A stretch of 63,806 nucleotides of DNA, filler included, from Thermodesulfobacteriota bacterium (GTDB taxonomy: Bacteria; DASVDK01): the NCBI GenBank assembly GCA_036381125.1. It is 6 parts of 6 records of this genome, joined end to end, with 100 filler letters (N's around TTAATTAATTAA, not from the genome) between each part and the next. Parts side by side here need not be neighbours in the genome. Positions count along the whole stretch, not along the records: positions 48,132 to 61,403 come from DASVDK010000135.1; positions 61,504 to 63,806 come from DASVDK010000195.1; 4 more parts are not named here. The stretch is one strand, 5' to 3'. Positions within the stretch are counted from its first letter, which is position 1. Each line of letters starts with the position of its first letter. Below, one piece after another: positions 53,653 through 62,203 of this stretch. The translations under genes were made by a program, and so were the position numbers. A model generated the notes under the pieces. It was not told where the DNA came from, searched no databases, and saw nothing but the letters and a program-made list of their open reading frames with translations.

Positions 53653-54827
53653 CAGCCTCGCTCCGGACTGTTGAGCACGAGTTGCTCGAGGCCCGGTACG
53701 CTGCCAACGCGCACGTTCAGGTAGTCAGCCAGTTGATCGAGGGAGATCGATCCTTCGTAGTACCTGCGGAAGGCCAGGCGCATGTAGCGTTCTCCCAGGT
53801 ACGCCGCTTGAGTGAGGTAGTAGTTTCCACCGCCCTCGCCCTTCGCCGAGTGATTTTCGTAGTCTGCCTTCCATTGCGCTGCCTTCGACTCGTAGTAGGC
53901 TTTCGACACGAGCCCCAAGTCGAGGAAGCGGCGAAGCACGACCTCGCGACTGACTTTGAATCTCGCAGCGATGTCTCCGACTTGCTCGTCGCTCGGCCGC
54001 CGGCCAATAACGAGGTGGCGAAGTTCGTCAGCCGGCACGAGGATCTCGGCGGCGAATTGATTGCAGAAGATCTCGATCCGCTTCGAATGACCCGTTAGTT
54101 GCTGAATATACCGATCATCTCGCTTAGTGACGCCGCTCGTCTGAGTCAGCAAATGGGCAAGTTCATGGAAGATCGTGAAGATCTGGCGAGTCTTGGATGT
54201 GCCGTTGTTGAGGTAGATCAGGGGAAACTCGTCGTCGTAGAGGCAGAAGCCCGACACATCCTTCTGCTTAAAGCTGTTCTTGAAGACGTAGACGCCGACC
54301 TCTTCGACCGCTTGACGCCATGATTTGAGCGCCTCATCCGCACTGCTCCATTGCGACTTTTGGGTCAGGAGGTCGACGCCCAGATAAGACCGTACCTGCT
54401 TGGCCACCATTGGCGCCGAGAGATTCTGACTTGGTCGAAGATCCTTGAGGATCTTTCGCTCTGCCGGATTGGTCCCTCTATTGAGTTCCTGAAGCGAGAC
54501 TTGAAGCGCGAGGGCTTGTCGGATCTTGTACCTGGTATCCGGAGATAGGTCCTCGAGTTCGAACTCGGGTAGCGTCCGAAAGGCGTGCTCCGGATCAGGC
54601 TCGTCGGGCGGCTCCGGAAAGAAGAAGAGGGCGAGCGGCCGCTTATAGACACGGTAGGCGAGAGCTTCGAGTTGGGGATACGTGGGGGCGGCAGTACCAG
54701 CCTCCCAGCTCTCGATGACGTCAGCCGTCTTGCCGAGCGTGTCCGCAACCTGGTCCACCGACTGCCCCGCGCGCTCACGCGCCCAGACGAGCATCCGTGG
54801 ATTAACACCAGTGACGGGCGTACCCAT
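53652..54827 (-). CDS. XRE-HTH + ImmA/IrrE Zn metallopeptidase fusion
   Basis: L.WARERAG, WE.G...PT..QL, FT..HELAH, E.FCNQFAAE.L.P; AGGAG SD; TGATG coupling to the PIN gene. Confidence 0.9.
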   Translation of the reverse strand: MGTPVTGVNPRMLVWARERAGQSVDQVADTLGKTADVIESWEAGTAAPTYPQLEALAYRVYKRPLALFFFPEPPDEPDPEHAFRTLPEFELEDLSPDTRYKIRQALALQVSLQELNRGTNPAERKILKDLRPSQNLSAPMVAKQVRSYLGVDLLTQKSQWSSADEALKSWRQAVEEVGVYVFKNSFKQKDVSGFCLYDDEFPLIYLNNGTSKTRQIFTIFHELAHLLTQTSGVTKRDDRYIQQLTGHSKRIEIFCNQFAAEILVPADELRHLVIGRRPSDEQVGDIAARFKVSREVVLRRFLDLGLVSKAYYESKAAQWKADYENHSAKGEGGGNYYLTQAAYLGERYMRLAFRRYYEGSISLDQLADYLNVRVGSVPGLEQLVLNSPERG

Positions 54828-55280
54828 TGGCTCCTACTACCCCATTATCTGGGCGGGCCGATCTGCTAGGCCCATTGGCTCCCAGTATAGAGCGACCTTT
54901 GAAGGCGCCGCCTGGCGCGTAGTATCGAGACCTGGCCGATCCGATAGCGGCTGCGAGCCATTCGGCATCTCATCTCGTTCCTAGGGCTTGCGGGACCTGT
55001 TGGATCCACTCGGGATATGCGACAACGGCTCATCGCGTCACGACAGGCGTCGTGCAGTCTGCGGCTGCGGCCCCGCGCTTTCGAGCCAGGGCCTCGCAGT
55101 AGGCATACCGGCCTTTGATCCGGACGCCGCTCGTGCTTTAGGGGCGCGCCGGTGTGGCGCGCCCGTTGGGATCGTACTGCCGCCGGAGCCGTACGCGGAG
55201 AGCGAGCAGAGAGACGACGGCGCCCGAGGTGATGACCACGCCACACGCGGTTTGCGCAGAGCGAGGCTACCTATCGGCAA

Positions 55281-55309
55281 ATCCTATTGCCTTCTAAGTA
55301 GTAGAGCAA
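55281..55309 (-). promoter_or_regulatory. Sigma70-like promoter facing the cassette region
   Basis: Minus strand TTGCTC-17 bp-TAGGAT. Confidence 0.45.
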
Positions 55310-56062
55310 GCGCTTTTTGACGCGGAATCTTGCACGGCGCCAGCGGACAGGTCGTTGGGCTCTCGTGCGCTTTGGTTGAGGATGTCGGGCGAGGCGCCGA
55401 AGCTAGGCGCCGCGTGGAACTCCGCGGAGTCGAGTAGTCCGTGCCGCTGCCAGCCGGCGTTCAGGAGCCAGGTGGTGGCTCTGGCGATCGGCGTCAGTAC
55501 CCCGGCCGTAGGAAAGGCCCGCACATCACGCCACCCATCCGAACCACCGGGCGGATGAGCACGGATCGACCACCCGCGGAGGGGCGCCGTGCTTCCGGAA
55601 GTTGTTGAGCACGTACACGAGCGCATTTCGCACCTCGCGCGGCGTCGCGAGGTCCCGCCGGTGGTAGCGGTCTCCCCACACCTTGCCCCTTTGCTGCAGC
55701 GCGCGGTTCACGGCGCGGGCCATCCGGATCACCAGGCCCTGCACTCCGCGAGAAAGCGCCTGGCGGTCCGTTGCCTCGACGAGCAGGTGGATGTGGTTGC
55801 TCTGAACGGAGAAGTGGCAGATACGGAAGGCGCGCTCGCGCTGGGCGAGTCGTATGGCCTCACGCAGTGCGGCGAACGCGCGCACGCCCCGGAGGCTGGG
55901 GAGCCCGGGACGTGCCCGAAGCGTGATGTGCGAGGGGTGCCGGGCGTCGTGGTAGGGGCGCGTCCGATGCGCCACGTTCGGCCGGTGACCACGAGGCTTA
56001 CGGCCGGCGCCCGGACGCGGGCCGCCCCAGGTGTTGGGGAGCGACAAAGCCAGCTGTCGCAT
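55294..56062 (-). pseudogene. RAYT-type Y1 HUH transposase with a frameshift near 55540
   Basis: WGG.R.GAGRKP, HITLR, SVQSNHIHLLVEA (HUH), RYH, YVLNN; tail DGW...TWLL..GW.RHG continues in another frame. Confidence 0.8.
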
Positions 56063-56163
56063 GCGCGAACCTTCTCGCGAAGCGGGATCAGGTAAACGCG
56101 TGGGAAAGCCGACCGAAGAGAGGAGGGAAGAGCCGGGAAGGACGCGTCGCTTGATTGGGCACT

Positions 56164-56192
56164 ATTCTATCGACGGTCGATGTGTGACGCAA
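56164..56192 (-). promoter_or_regulatory. Sigma70-type promoter upstream of the RAYT gene
   Basis: Minus strand TTGCGT-17 bp-TAGAAT. Confidence 0.6.
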
Positions 56193-56200
56193 GAACATTC

Positions 56201-56424
56201 GAGAGAAAAGACGAGAATCCGGAGAGGAGGCGGGAGCGCTGAAAGAAGATAGGCATCGAGAGAGAAAACAGGAACCCGGAGAGAGAGCAGGAGGCCTGAG
56301 AGAAGACCGGAACCCGGAAAGAGCAGGAAACCTGAGAAAAGACCGGGACCTTGAGAGAGGACAGGACCCCGGAGCGACGACGGGACTCCGGAGCGAGACC
56401 GGGACCTGAGAGAAAGAAGGATGC
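56201..56424. repeat. About 12 degenerate 17-21 bp purine-rich tandem repeats
   Basis: e.g. gagagaagaccggaacccg, gagaaaagaccgggacctt, gagagaggacaggaccccg, gagcgagaccgggacct. Confidence 0.8.
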
Positions 56425-57615
56425 TTACCTCAGGATCTCCCTCACGGCCGCCACGAACCTCTCCACCTCCTCCTCGGTGTTGTAGTAGTGCACGGAAGCC
56501 CGGACCATCGCGGCGAGACCGCGGGCTTCCATGTCGAGCCGCGTGGAGGACACGCGCGTCACGCTCACGTTGATGCGACGCGCGGCAAGGGCGCGCTTCA
56601 CCTCCTCGGGGTCGTGGCCATCGGCAGTGAAAGTGACGATGCCGCAGCGCTCGAGGCCGAGGTCGCGCACGACGACGCCGGGGATCTGCGCCAGGAGGTT
56701 CCGGAGGCTGACGGCGAGGGCGGCGAGGCGGGCGTAGGTGATGTGCACGCCCCAGCTCATGGCGTAATCGATGGCGGCGCCGAGGCCGAGGATGCCGGCG
56801 ATGCTGCGCTCGAAGTTCTCGAAGCGGCGGGCGTCGGCTCGGACCGCGTAGCGGTCCCTGGCCGCCCAGTGCGCAGATTCGTCATCGAGGACGAAGGGTT
56901 CGAGCCGGGGGATGAGGTCGCGCCGCACGTAGAGGAAGCCGGTGCCGCGGGGGGCGCGGAGGAACTTGCGGCCGGTGGCGGAGAGCATGTCGCAGCCGAT
57001 GGCGGCGACATCGATGGGCATCTGGCCGACGGACTGGCAGGTGTCGAGGAGGTAGAGCACGTCGAGTCCGCGGGCGCGGGCGTGGCGGACGACGCGGCCG
57101 ATGTCGGCGGCGGGGTTGACGAGGCCGCCGTTGGTGGGGACGTGGGTTACGGCGACGAGCTTCACGCGCTCGTCGAGCATCCCCTGCAGGGCGTCGACGG
57201 AGAGGCGGCCGTGTTCGTCGTTCGGCACGACGTCGACGACGCAGCCGGTGCGGCGGGCTTGCTGGAGGAAGGCGATGTAGTTGCTGCCGTACTCGTTCAT
57301 GCCGGTGAGGACGCGGTCGCGGGGGCGGAGCGGGAGCGAGTAGAAGGCCATCTGCCAGGCGCGGGTGGCGCTCTCGACGAGGGCGATCTCGTCGGCCGAG
57401 GCGCCGACGAGGCGCGCGGCCGAGGCGTAGACGGCGTCGATCTGCGCCTGCCGCTGGTCGGCGGCCTCGTAGCCGCCGATGCGGGCCTCGAGCTCGAGGT
57501 GGCGCACGACGGCGTCGAGAACGGGGCGGGGCATGAGGGAGGCGCCGGCGTTGTTGAAGTGCAGGACGGTCTCGCAGCCAGGGGTGTCGCGCCGGGCGCG
57601 GGCGAGGTCGATCAC
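56425..57615 (-). CDS. Class V PLP aminotransferase (cysteine desulfurase/C-S lyase-like)
   Basis: HFNNAGAS, THVPTNGGLVNP, D.CQSVGQ, ATGRKFLR.PRG, RASVHYYN. Confidence 0.88.
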   Translation of the reverse strand: MIDLARARRDTPGCETVLHFNNAGASLMPRPVLDAVVRHLELEARIGGYEAADQRQAQIDAVYASAARLVGASADEIALVESATRAWQMAFYSLPLRPRDRVLTGMNEYGSNYIAFLQQARRTGCVVDVVPNDEHGRLSVDALQGMLDERVKLVAVTHVPTNGGLVNPAADIGRVVRHARARGLDVLYLLDTCQSVGQMPIDVAAIGCDMLSATGRKFLRAPRGTGFLYVRRDLIPRLEPFVLDDESAHWAARDRYAVRADARRFENFERSIAGILGLGAAIDYAMSWGVHITYARLAALAVSLRNLLAQIPGVVVRDLGLERCGIVTFTADGHDPEEVKRALAARRINVSVTRVSSTRLDMEARGLAAMVRASVHYYNTEEEVERFVAAVREILR

Positions 57616-58604
57616 GAGGGGCGCTCCCGGGGCGGCTGGTCCACGGCGAGGGCCCAGCGGAGGGTGTCGAGGGTGAGGTTGCCGCCGCTGACGACGAGGG
57701 CGACCGTCTTTCCGCGAAGCTCGGGGGCGAGCTGGCGGGCGGCGGCGAGGGGGGCGGCGCCGGCCCCCTCGGCGAGGACGTGGGCGGTCTCGAGGAGTTC
57801 GCCGATGGCGCGGCGCATGTCGTCCTCGGAGACGAGGCGGATGTCGTCGACGAGGCGGCAGTAGATGTCGTGGGTCAGCTCGAAGGCGACGCGGGTGGCG
57901 AGGCCGTCGGCGAACGTGCGGCCCCCCTCGAGGGCGAGGGGGCGGCGGGCCTTCCAGGACCGGTAGACGGCCGGCATCGCCTCGGCCTGGACGCCGATCA
58001 CGCGGATCTTCGGGTTGACGGCCTTCATGACGATGGCGGTGCCGCAGAGGCCGCTGCCGCCGCCGACCGGGACGATGACGGCGTCGAGGTCGGGTAGCTC
58101 GTCGAGGATCTCGAGGGCGTAGGTGCCGACGCCGGCGATGAGGTCGGGCTCGTTGGCGGAGTGGACGTAGCGGGCCCCGGTCTGCCGGGCGGCCCGCTCG
58201 GCGGCCTCGCGCGCCTCGTCGAAGTCGCGGCCGACCTCGACCACCTCGGCGCCGAGGGCGCGCATGGCGGCGACCTTGAGGGGGTTGGCGCCGACCGGGG
58301 CGTAGATGGTGGCGCGGGTGCCGAAGAGGCGGGCGCCGAAGGCAATGGACTGCCCGTGGTTGCCGGTGGAGGAGGCGACGAGGCCGCGGCGCCGCTCGTC
58401 GTCGGAGAGGCGCGAGGCGAGGTAGACGCCGCCGCGGACCTTGAAGGCGCCGGTCGGGTTGAGCGTCTCGCACTTGAGGGCGACGTCGAAGCCGAGGCGC
58501 TCGGCGAGAGGCGCGGGCCTGAGGAGCGGCGTCGGGGGGACGTGACGGGACACGACCGGGCGCGCGGCCTTCACGTCGTCGAGGGTCGGCGGCACGAGGG
58601 GCAT
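57612..58604 (-). CDS. Threonine/serine dehydratase family protein
   Basis: KCE..NPTGAFKVRG, STGNHGQ, VGGGSG, EGAGA, SGGN. Confidence 0.9.
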   Translation of the reverse strand: MPLVPPTLDDVKAARPVVSRHVPPTPLLRPAPLAERLGFDVALKCETLNPTGAFKVRGGVYLASRLSDDERRRGLVASSTGNHGQSIAFGARLFGTRATIYAPVGANPLKVAAMRALGAEVVEVGRDFDEAREAAERAARQTGARYVHSANEPDLIAGVGTYALEILDELPDLDAVIVPVGGGSGLCGTAIVMKAVNPKIRVIGVQAEAMPAVYRSWKARRPLALEGGRTFADGLATRVAFELTHDIYCRLVDDIRLVSEDDMRRAIGELLETAHVLAEGAGAAPLAAARQLAPELRGKTVALVVSGGNLTLDTLRWALAVDQPPRERPS

Positions 58605-58637
58605 CGAGAAGACCTCCGGAGGGGTATTCTATCCGCC

Positions 58638-59822
58638 ATGCGCGATCTCGACACGACAGCGGTCCACGCGGGGCGGGATGCGGCCCCCTCGGTCACGCGC
58701 CCCCACGCGCCGCCCATCGTCCCGGCGGCGGTGCACGAGTTCGAGGGGCTCGGGCAGGTCGACGACCTCTACGAGGGGCGCGCGCCCGGTTACATCTACT
58801 ACCGCAACGGCGGCCCGAACCAGGCGGCGCTGGAGGCGGCGGTGGCGGCGCTCGAGGGGCACGGGGCGCCGGAGCCGCCCGAGGGGGTGGCGGCGGCGTC
58901 GGGGATGGGGGCGATCGCGGCGGTGCTCTTCGCCCTCTGCCGCGCGGGCGACCACGTGGTGGCGCAGTCGGACCTGTACGGTGTCACGCGCGCCCTCCTG
59001 GAGGAAGAGGGGGCGAGGCTCGGGATCGAGACGACCTTCGCGGACGCGACCGACGCGGCGGCGCTCGAGGCGGCGTGCCGGCCGACGACGCGGCTCCTGC
59101 TGGTCGAGACGCTGTCGAACCCGCTGGTCCGGGTGGCCGACCTCGAGGGGGCGGCCCGCGTGGCCCGCGGCCGGGGGGCGACGCTCGTCGTGGACAACAC
59201 GTTCGCGACGCCGGTCCACTGCCGGCCGCTCGCGCGGGGCGCGGACGTGGTGGTCCACTCCACGGCGAAGATGCTCTCGGGCCACGACGACGTGGGGGGC
59301 GGCCTGGCGGTGGCGGCACCGGCGCTGGCGGCCCGGATCCGGGCCACGGCGGTGCGGCTCGGGCCGACCCTCTCGGCCTTCGACGCCTGGCTCGCCCTGC
59401 GGGGGCTCCGGACGTTGCCGCTGCGGGCCGAGCGGGCCGCGGCCAACGCGGCCGAGCTGGCGGCGCGGCTCGCGGGGCACCCGTCGGTGGCGGCGGTGCA
59501 CTACCCGGGTCTGCCGGGTCACGCGCAGCACGTGCGGGCGCGCACGCTCCTCGCGGGCGGCTTCGGCGCCATGCTCGCCTTCGAGGTGCAGGGGGGCCGG
59601 GAGGGGGCCGATCGGGTCCTCGGCCGGCTGGCCCTCATCCGGCTCGCCCCCTCGCTCGGAGGGGTGGCAACCACCACCTCGTATCCGGCATCGACCTCGC
59701 ATCGGCCGCTCGCGGCCGACGCGCGCCGGGCCCTCGGGATCGGCGACGGGCTCATCCGGCTCTCGGTCGGCATCGAGGGCGTCGAGGACCTCTGGCGAGA
59801 CCTGGACTCGGCGCTCCGGTAG
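58638..59822 (+). CDS. Cys/Met metabolism PLP enzyme (cystathionine gamma-synthase/lyase family)
   Basis: Y.R.G.PN, SGMGAI, E..SNP, VDNTFATP, HSTAK.L.GH.D, SLGG. Confidence 0.9.
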   Translation: MRDLDTTAVHAGRDAAPSVTRPHAPPIVPAAVHEFEGLGQVDDLYEGRAPGYIYYRNGGPNQAALEAAVAALEGHGAPEPPEGVAAASGMGAIAAVLFALCRAGDHVVAQSDLYGVTRALLEEEGARLGIETTFADATDAAALEAACRPTTRLLLVETLSNPLVRVADLEGAARVARGRGATLVVDNTFATPVHCRPLARGADVVVHSTAKMLSGHDDVGGGLAVAAPALAARIRATAVRLGPTLSAFDAWLALRGLRTLPLRAERAAANAAELAARLAGHPSVAAVHYPGLPGHAQHVRARTLLAGGFGAMLAFEVQGGREGADRVLGRLALIRLAPSLGGVATTTSYPASTSHRPLAADARRALGIGDGLIRLSVGIEGVEDLWRDLDSALR

Positions 59823-59942
59823 AACAGGGCCGCGCGCCGCGCCGCAGCGGGGCAGAAAGTCCTTGTCCCGGGCCGCGGGGGCGTGCTAGGAAGGCCCCTT
59901 CTCACGTCGGCGTGCCGCGCCAGGGAGGTCCGGGTCCCCACG

Positions 59943-61049
59943 ATGCGCAAGCTTACAGTCGCCGTCCTCTTCGGCGGCCGGTCCGGCGAGCACGAGGTCT
60001 CGCTCGACTCCGCCGCCTCGGTCCTCGAGGCGATCGACCGCGCGAAGTACGACGTCCTGCCGATCGGCATCACGCGCGAGGGACGCTGGATCACGGCTGG
60101 CGACCCGCTCGCGGCGCTGCGGTCGGGGCACCTCAACGGCGAGAACCGGACGGCCATCCTCGCGGGCGACCCCACGGCGCCGGGGCTCATCCGGATGCCG
60201 GACCGGACGGTGGCGGAGGCCGCGGCGGCGCCCGAGAAGATCGACGTCGTCTTCCCGGTCCTCCACGGCACCTACGGCGAGGACGGCACCGTGCAGGGGC
60301 TCCTGGAGCTGGCGGGGCTGCCGTACGTCGGGTCGGGCGTCCTCGGCTCGGCCGTCGGCATGGACAAGCTCACCATGAAGCGGCTCTTCCAGCACGCCGG
60401 GCTGCCGCTGGTGCCCTACTTGGCCCTCCGCGCGCGCGACTGGCGCGCCCGGCGCGGCGAGCTGCTCGGGCAGATCGGGGACCTCCTCGGCTTCCCGGTC
60501 TTCGTGAAGCCGGCCAACGCCGGCTCCTCGGTCGGCATCACCAAGGTGAAGCGGCCGCAGGACCTCGAGGCGGCCGTGGCCCTCGCCTTCGAGTACGACC
60601 GGACCGTCATCGTCGAGGAAGGGCTCGAGGCGCGCGAGCTGGAGTGCGCGGTCCTCGGCAACGACGCGCCCGAGGTCTCGGTGGTCGGCGAGGTGGTGCC
60701 GAAGAGGGAGTTCTACGACTACGAGGCCAAGTACACGCCCGACCTCACCGACGTGGTGATCCCGGCCGAGATCCCCGCCCGGACGGCCGAGTCGCTGCGC
60801 GACATGGCCCGGCGCGCCTTCCTGGCGCTCGACTGCGCCGGGCTCGCGCGGGTGGACTTCTTCATGGAGAAGCGCAGCGGGCGGGTCTACCTGAACGAGC
60901 TCAACACCATGCCCGGCTTCACGCGGACGTCGATGTATCCGAAGCTCTGGCAGGCGTCGGGGCTCTCCTACCCGGCACTGGTCGACCGCCTCATCTCGCT
61001 CGCCCTCGAGCGGGCCGAGGAGAAGCGGGCCCTCCGCACCACACGCTAG
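59943..61049 (+). CDS. ddl: D-alanine-D-alanine ligase
   Basis: FGGRSGEHEVS, LHGTYGEDG, GSSVG, FYDYEAKY, NELNTMPGFT. Confidence 0.95.
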   Translation: MRKLTVAVLFGGRSGEHEVSLDSAASVLEAIDRAKYDVLPIGITREGRWITAGDPLAALRSGHLNGENRTAILAGDPTAPGLIRMPDRTVAEAAAAPEKIDVVFPVLHGTYGEDGTVQGLLELAGLPYVGSGVLGSAVGMDKLTMKRLFQHAGLPLVPYLALRARDWRARRGELLGQIGDLLGFPVFVKPANAGSSVGITKVKRPQDLEAAVALAFEYDRTVIVEEGLEARELECAVLGNDAPEVSVVGEVVPKREFYDYEAKYTPDLTDVVIPAEIPARTAESLRDMARRAFLALDCAGLARVDFFMEKRSGRVYLNELNTMPGFTRTSMYPKLWQASGLSYPALVDRLISLALERAEEKRALRTTR

Positions 61050-61403
61050 GCGCCACCCGTCCGGCCCGGCCCGGCCGGGAAAATGGAAAGGCCTGACCCC
61101 ATGGAAAATGGAAAGGCCTGACCCCGGGCCGCTCGCGCGAGGGCGACGAGCCGCTCCGGGTCGTCCCACGAGGGCGTCTCGCCGGGGCGCCAGCGCGCGC
61201 GCACGAACCCCCGCGCGTCCACGAGGAACTCCACCGGTCCTTCGCCGGCCCCGCCGAGCCGCGCATACACGCCGGCCGTCTCGGCGTCCTGCGGCAGGAC
61301 GACGTCGACGCCGGCCTCGTGGAGCGTCGGCGCGAGCCGCTCGAGCGCCGCGCGCCGCGCGTCGCCGCTGCCGCGCGGCAGGATCGCCACGAGCGCCGCC
61401 CGG
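61046..61403 (-). CDS. C-terminal fragment of a redoxin-like domain protein (5' partial)
   Basis: EFLVDARGFVRARW motif; frame reads through the 25-bp repeats. Confidence 0.5.
61077..61126. repeat. 2 x 25-bp repeat (same family as 41566 and 47655)
   Basis: gggaaaatggaaaggcctgacccca / tggaaaatggaaaggcctgaccccg. Confidence 0.92.
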
Positions 61404-61505
61404 NNNNNNNNNNNNNNNNNNNNNNNNNNNNNNNNNNNNNNNNNNNNTTAATTAATTAANNNNNNNNNNNNNNNNNNNNNNNNNNNNNNNNNNNNNNNNN
61501 NNNGA

Positions 61506-62099
61506 GCCGGTATCCAGACGCTCGTGGAGCGACGGATCGGCGACGACCACAAGCGACGGCTCGCCTGCGGGATCGTCATCGCCTGCGTGCCGGCGGCGCT
61601 CGCGGGGCTCCTCCTCGAGGACGTGGTGCAGACGGAGTTCAGGAGCCCGGCGCTCGTCGCCGTGACCCTCGTCGTCTCCGGGCTCGCCCTCCAGGCCGCC
61701 GATCGCCTGGCCTCCCGGCGCAAGGAGGTCGAGGCGCTCACGCTCGCCGACGCGCTCGTCATCGGGCTCGCGCAGGCGGTCGCCCTCGTGCCGGGCGTCT
61801 CGCGGTCGGGCGCCACGATCACGGCCGCCCTGGCGCTCGGCGCCTCGCGGGACGCGGCGGCGCGCTTCTCGTTCCTCCTCTCGGCGCCGATCGTCTTCGG
61901 GGCCGGACTCCTCGAGGTGGGGGAGATGGCGCGGGTCGGGATCGACCTGCCGTTCCTCGTCGGCGTGGCGACGTCGGCCCTGGTCGGCTACCTGGCCATC
62001 CGGTACCTCCTCGTCTACGTCCGCACCCGTAGCTACAGTGTCTTCGTCTGGTACCGGATCGCCGTCGGGTTCGCCGTCCTCGGGCTCCTCGCGCGCTAG
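61506..62099 (+). CDS. uppP: Undecaprenyl-diphosphatase (5' partial)
   Basis: QAVAL.PGVSRSGATI, AARFSFLLS.P, F.WYR. Confidence 0.93.
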   Translation, partial: AGIQTLVERRIGDDHKRRLACGIVIACVPAALAGLLLEDVVQTEFRSPALVAVTLVVSGLALQAADRLASRRKEVEALTLADALVIGLAQAVALVPGVSRSGATITAALALGASRDAAARFSFLLSAPIVFGAGLLEVGEMARVGIDLPFLVGVATSALVGYLAIRYLLVYVRTRSYSVFVWYRIAVGFAVLGLLAR

Positions 62100-62203
62100 C
62101 GAGCCGCACGCGGCGTCGGGCCCTTCGGACCCGACCGAGCGGCCGCCTTCGACTGTGACCTCGGTGCCTTGCGCGCCCCTCGGGCGCCGTGTAGAGTGCT
62201 CCC

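Noticed and set aside
54866-55320. Short ORFs between the ImmA gene and RAYT
   Set aside because: No motifs or SD; likely decayed or non-coding
56201-56424. Purine-rich array as a CRISPR or TIGR-type guide array
   Set aside because: No constant repeat alternating with unique spacers; unit length varies; the neighbour is an HUH protein, not Cas or Nop-domain
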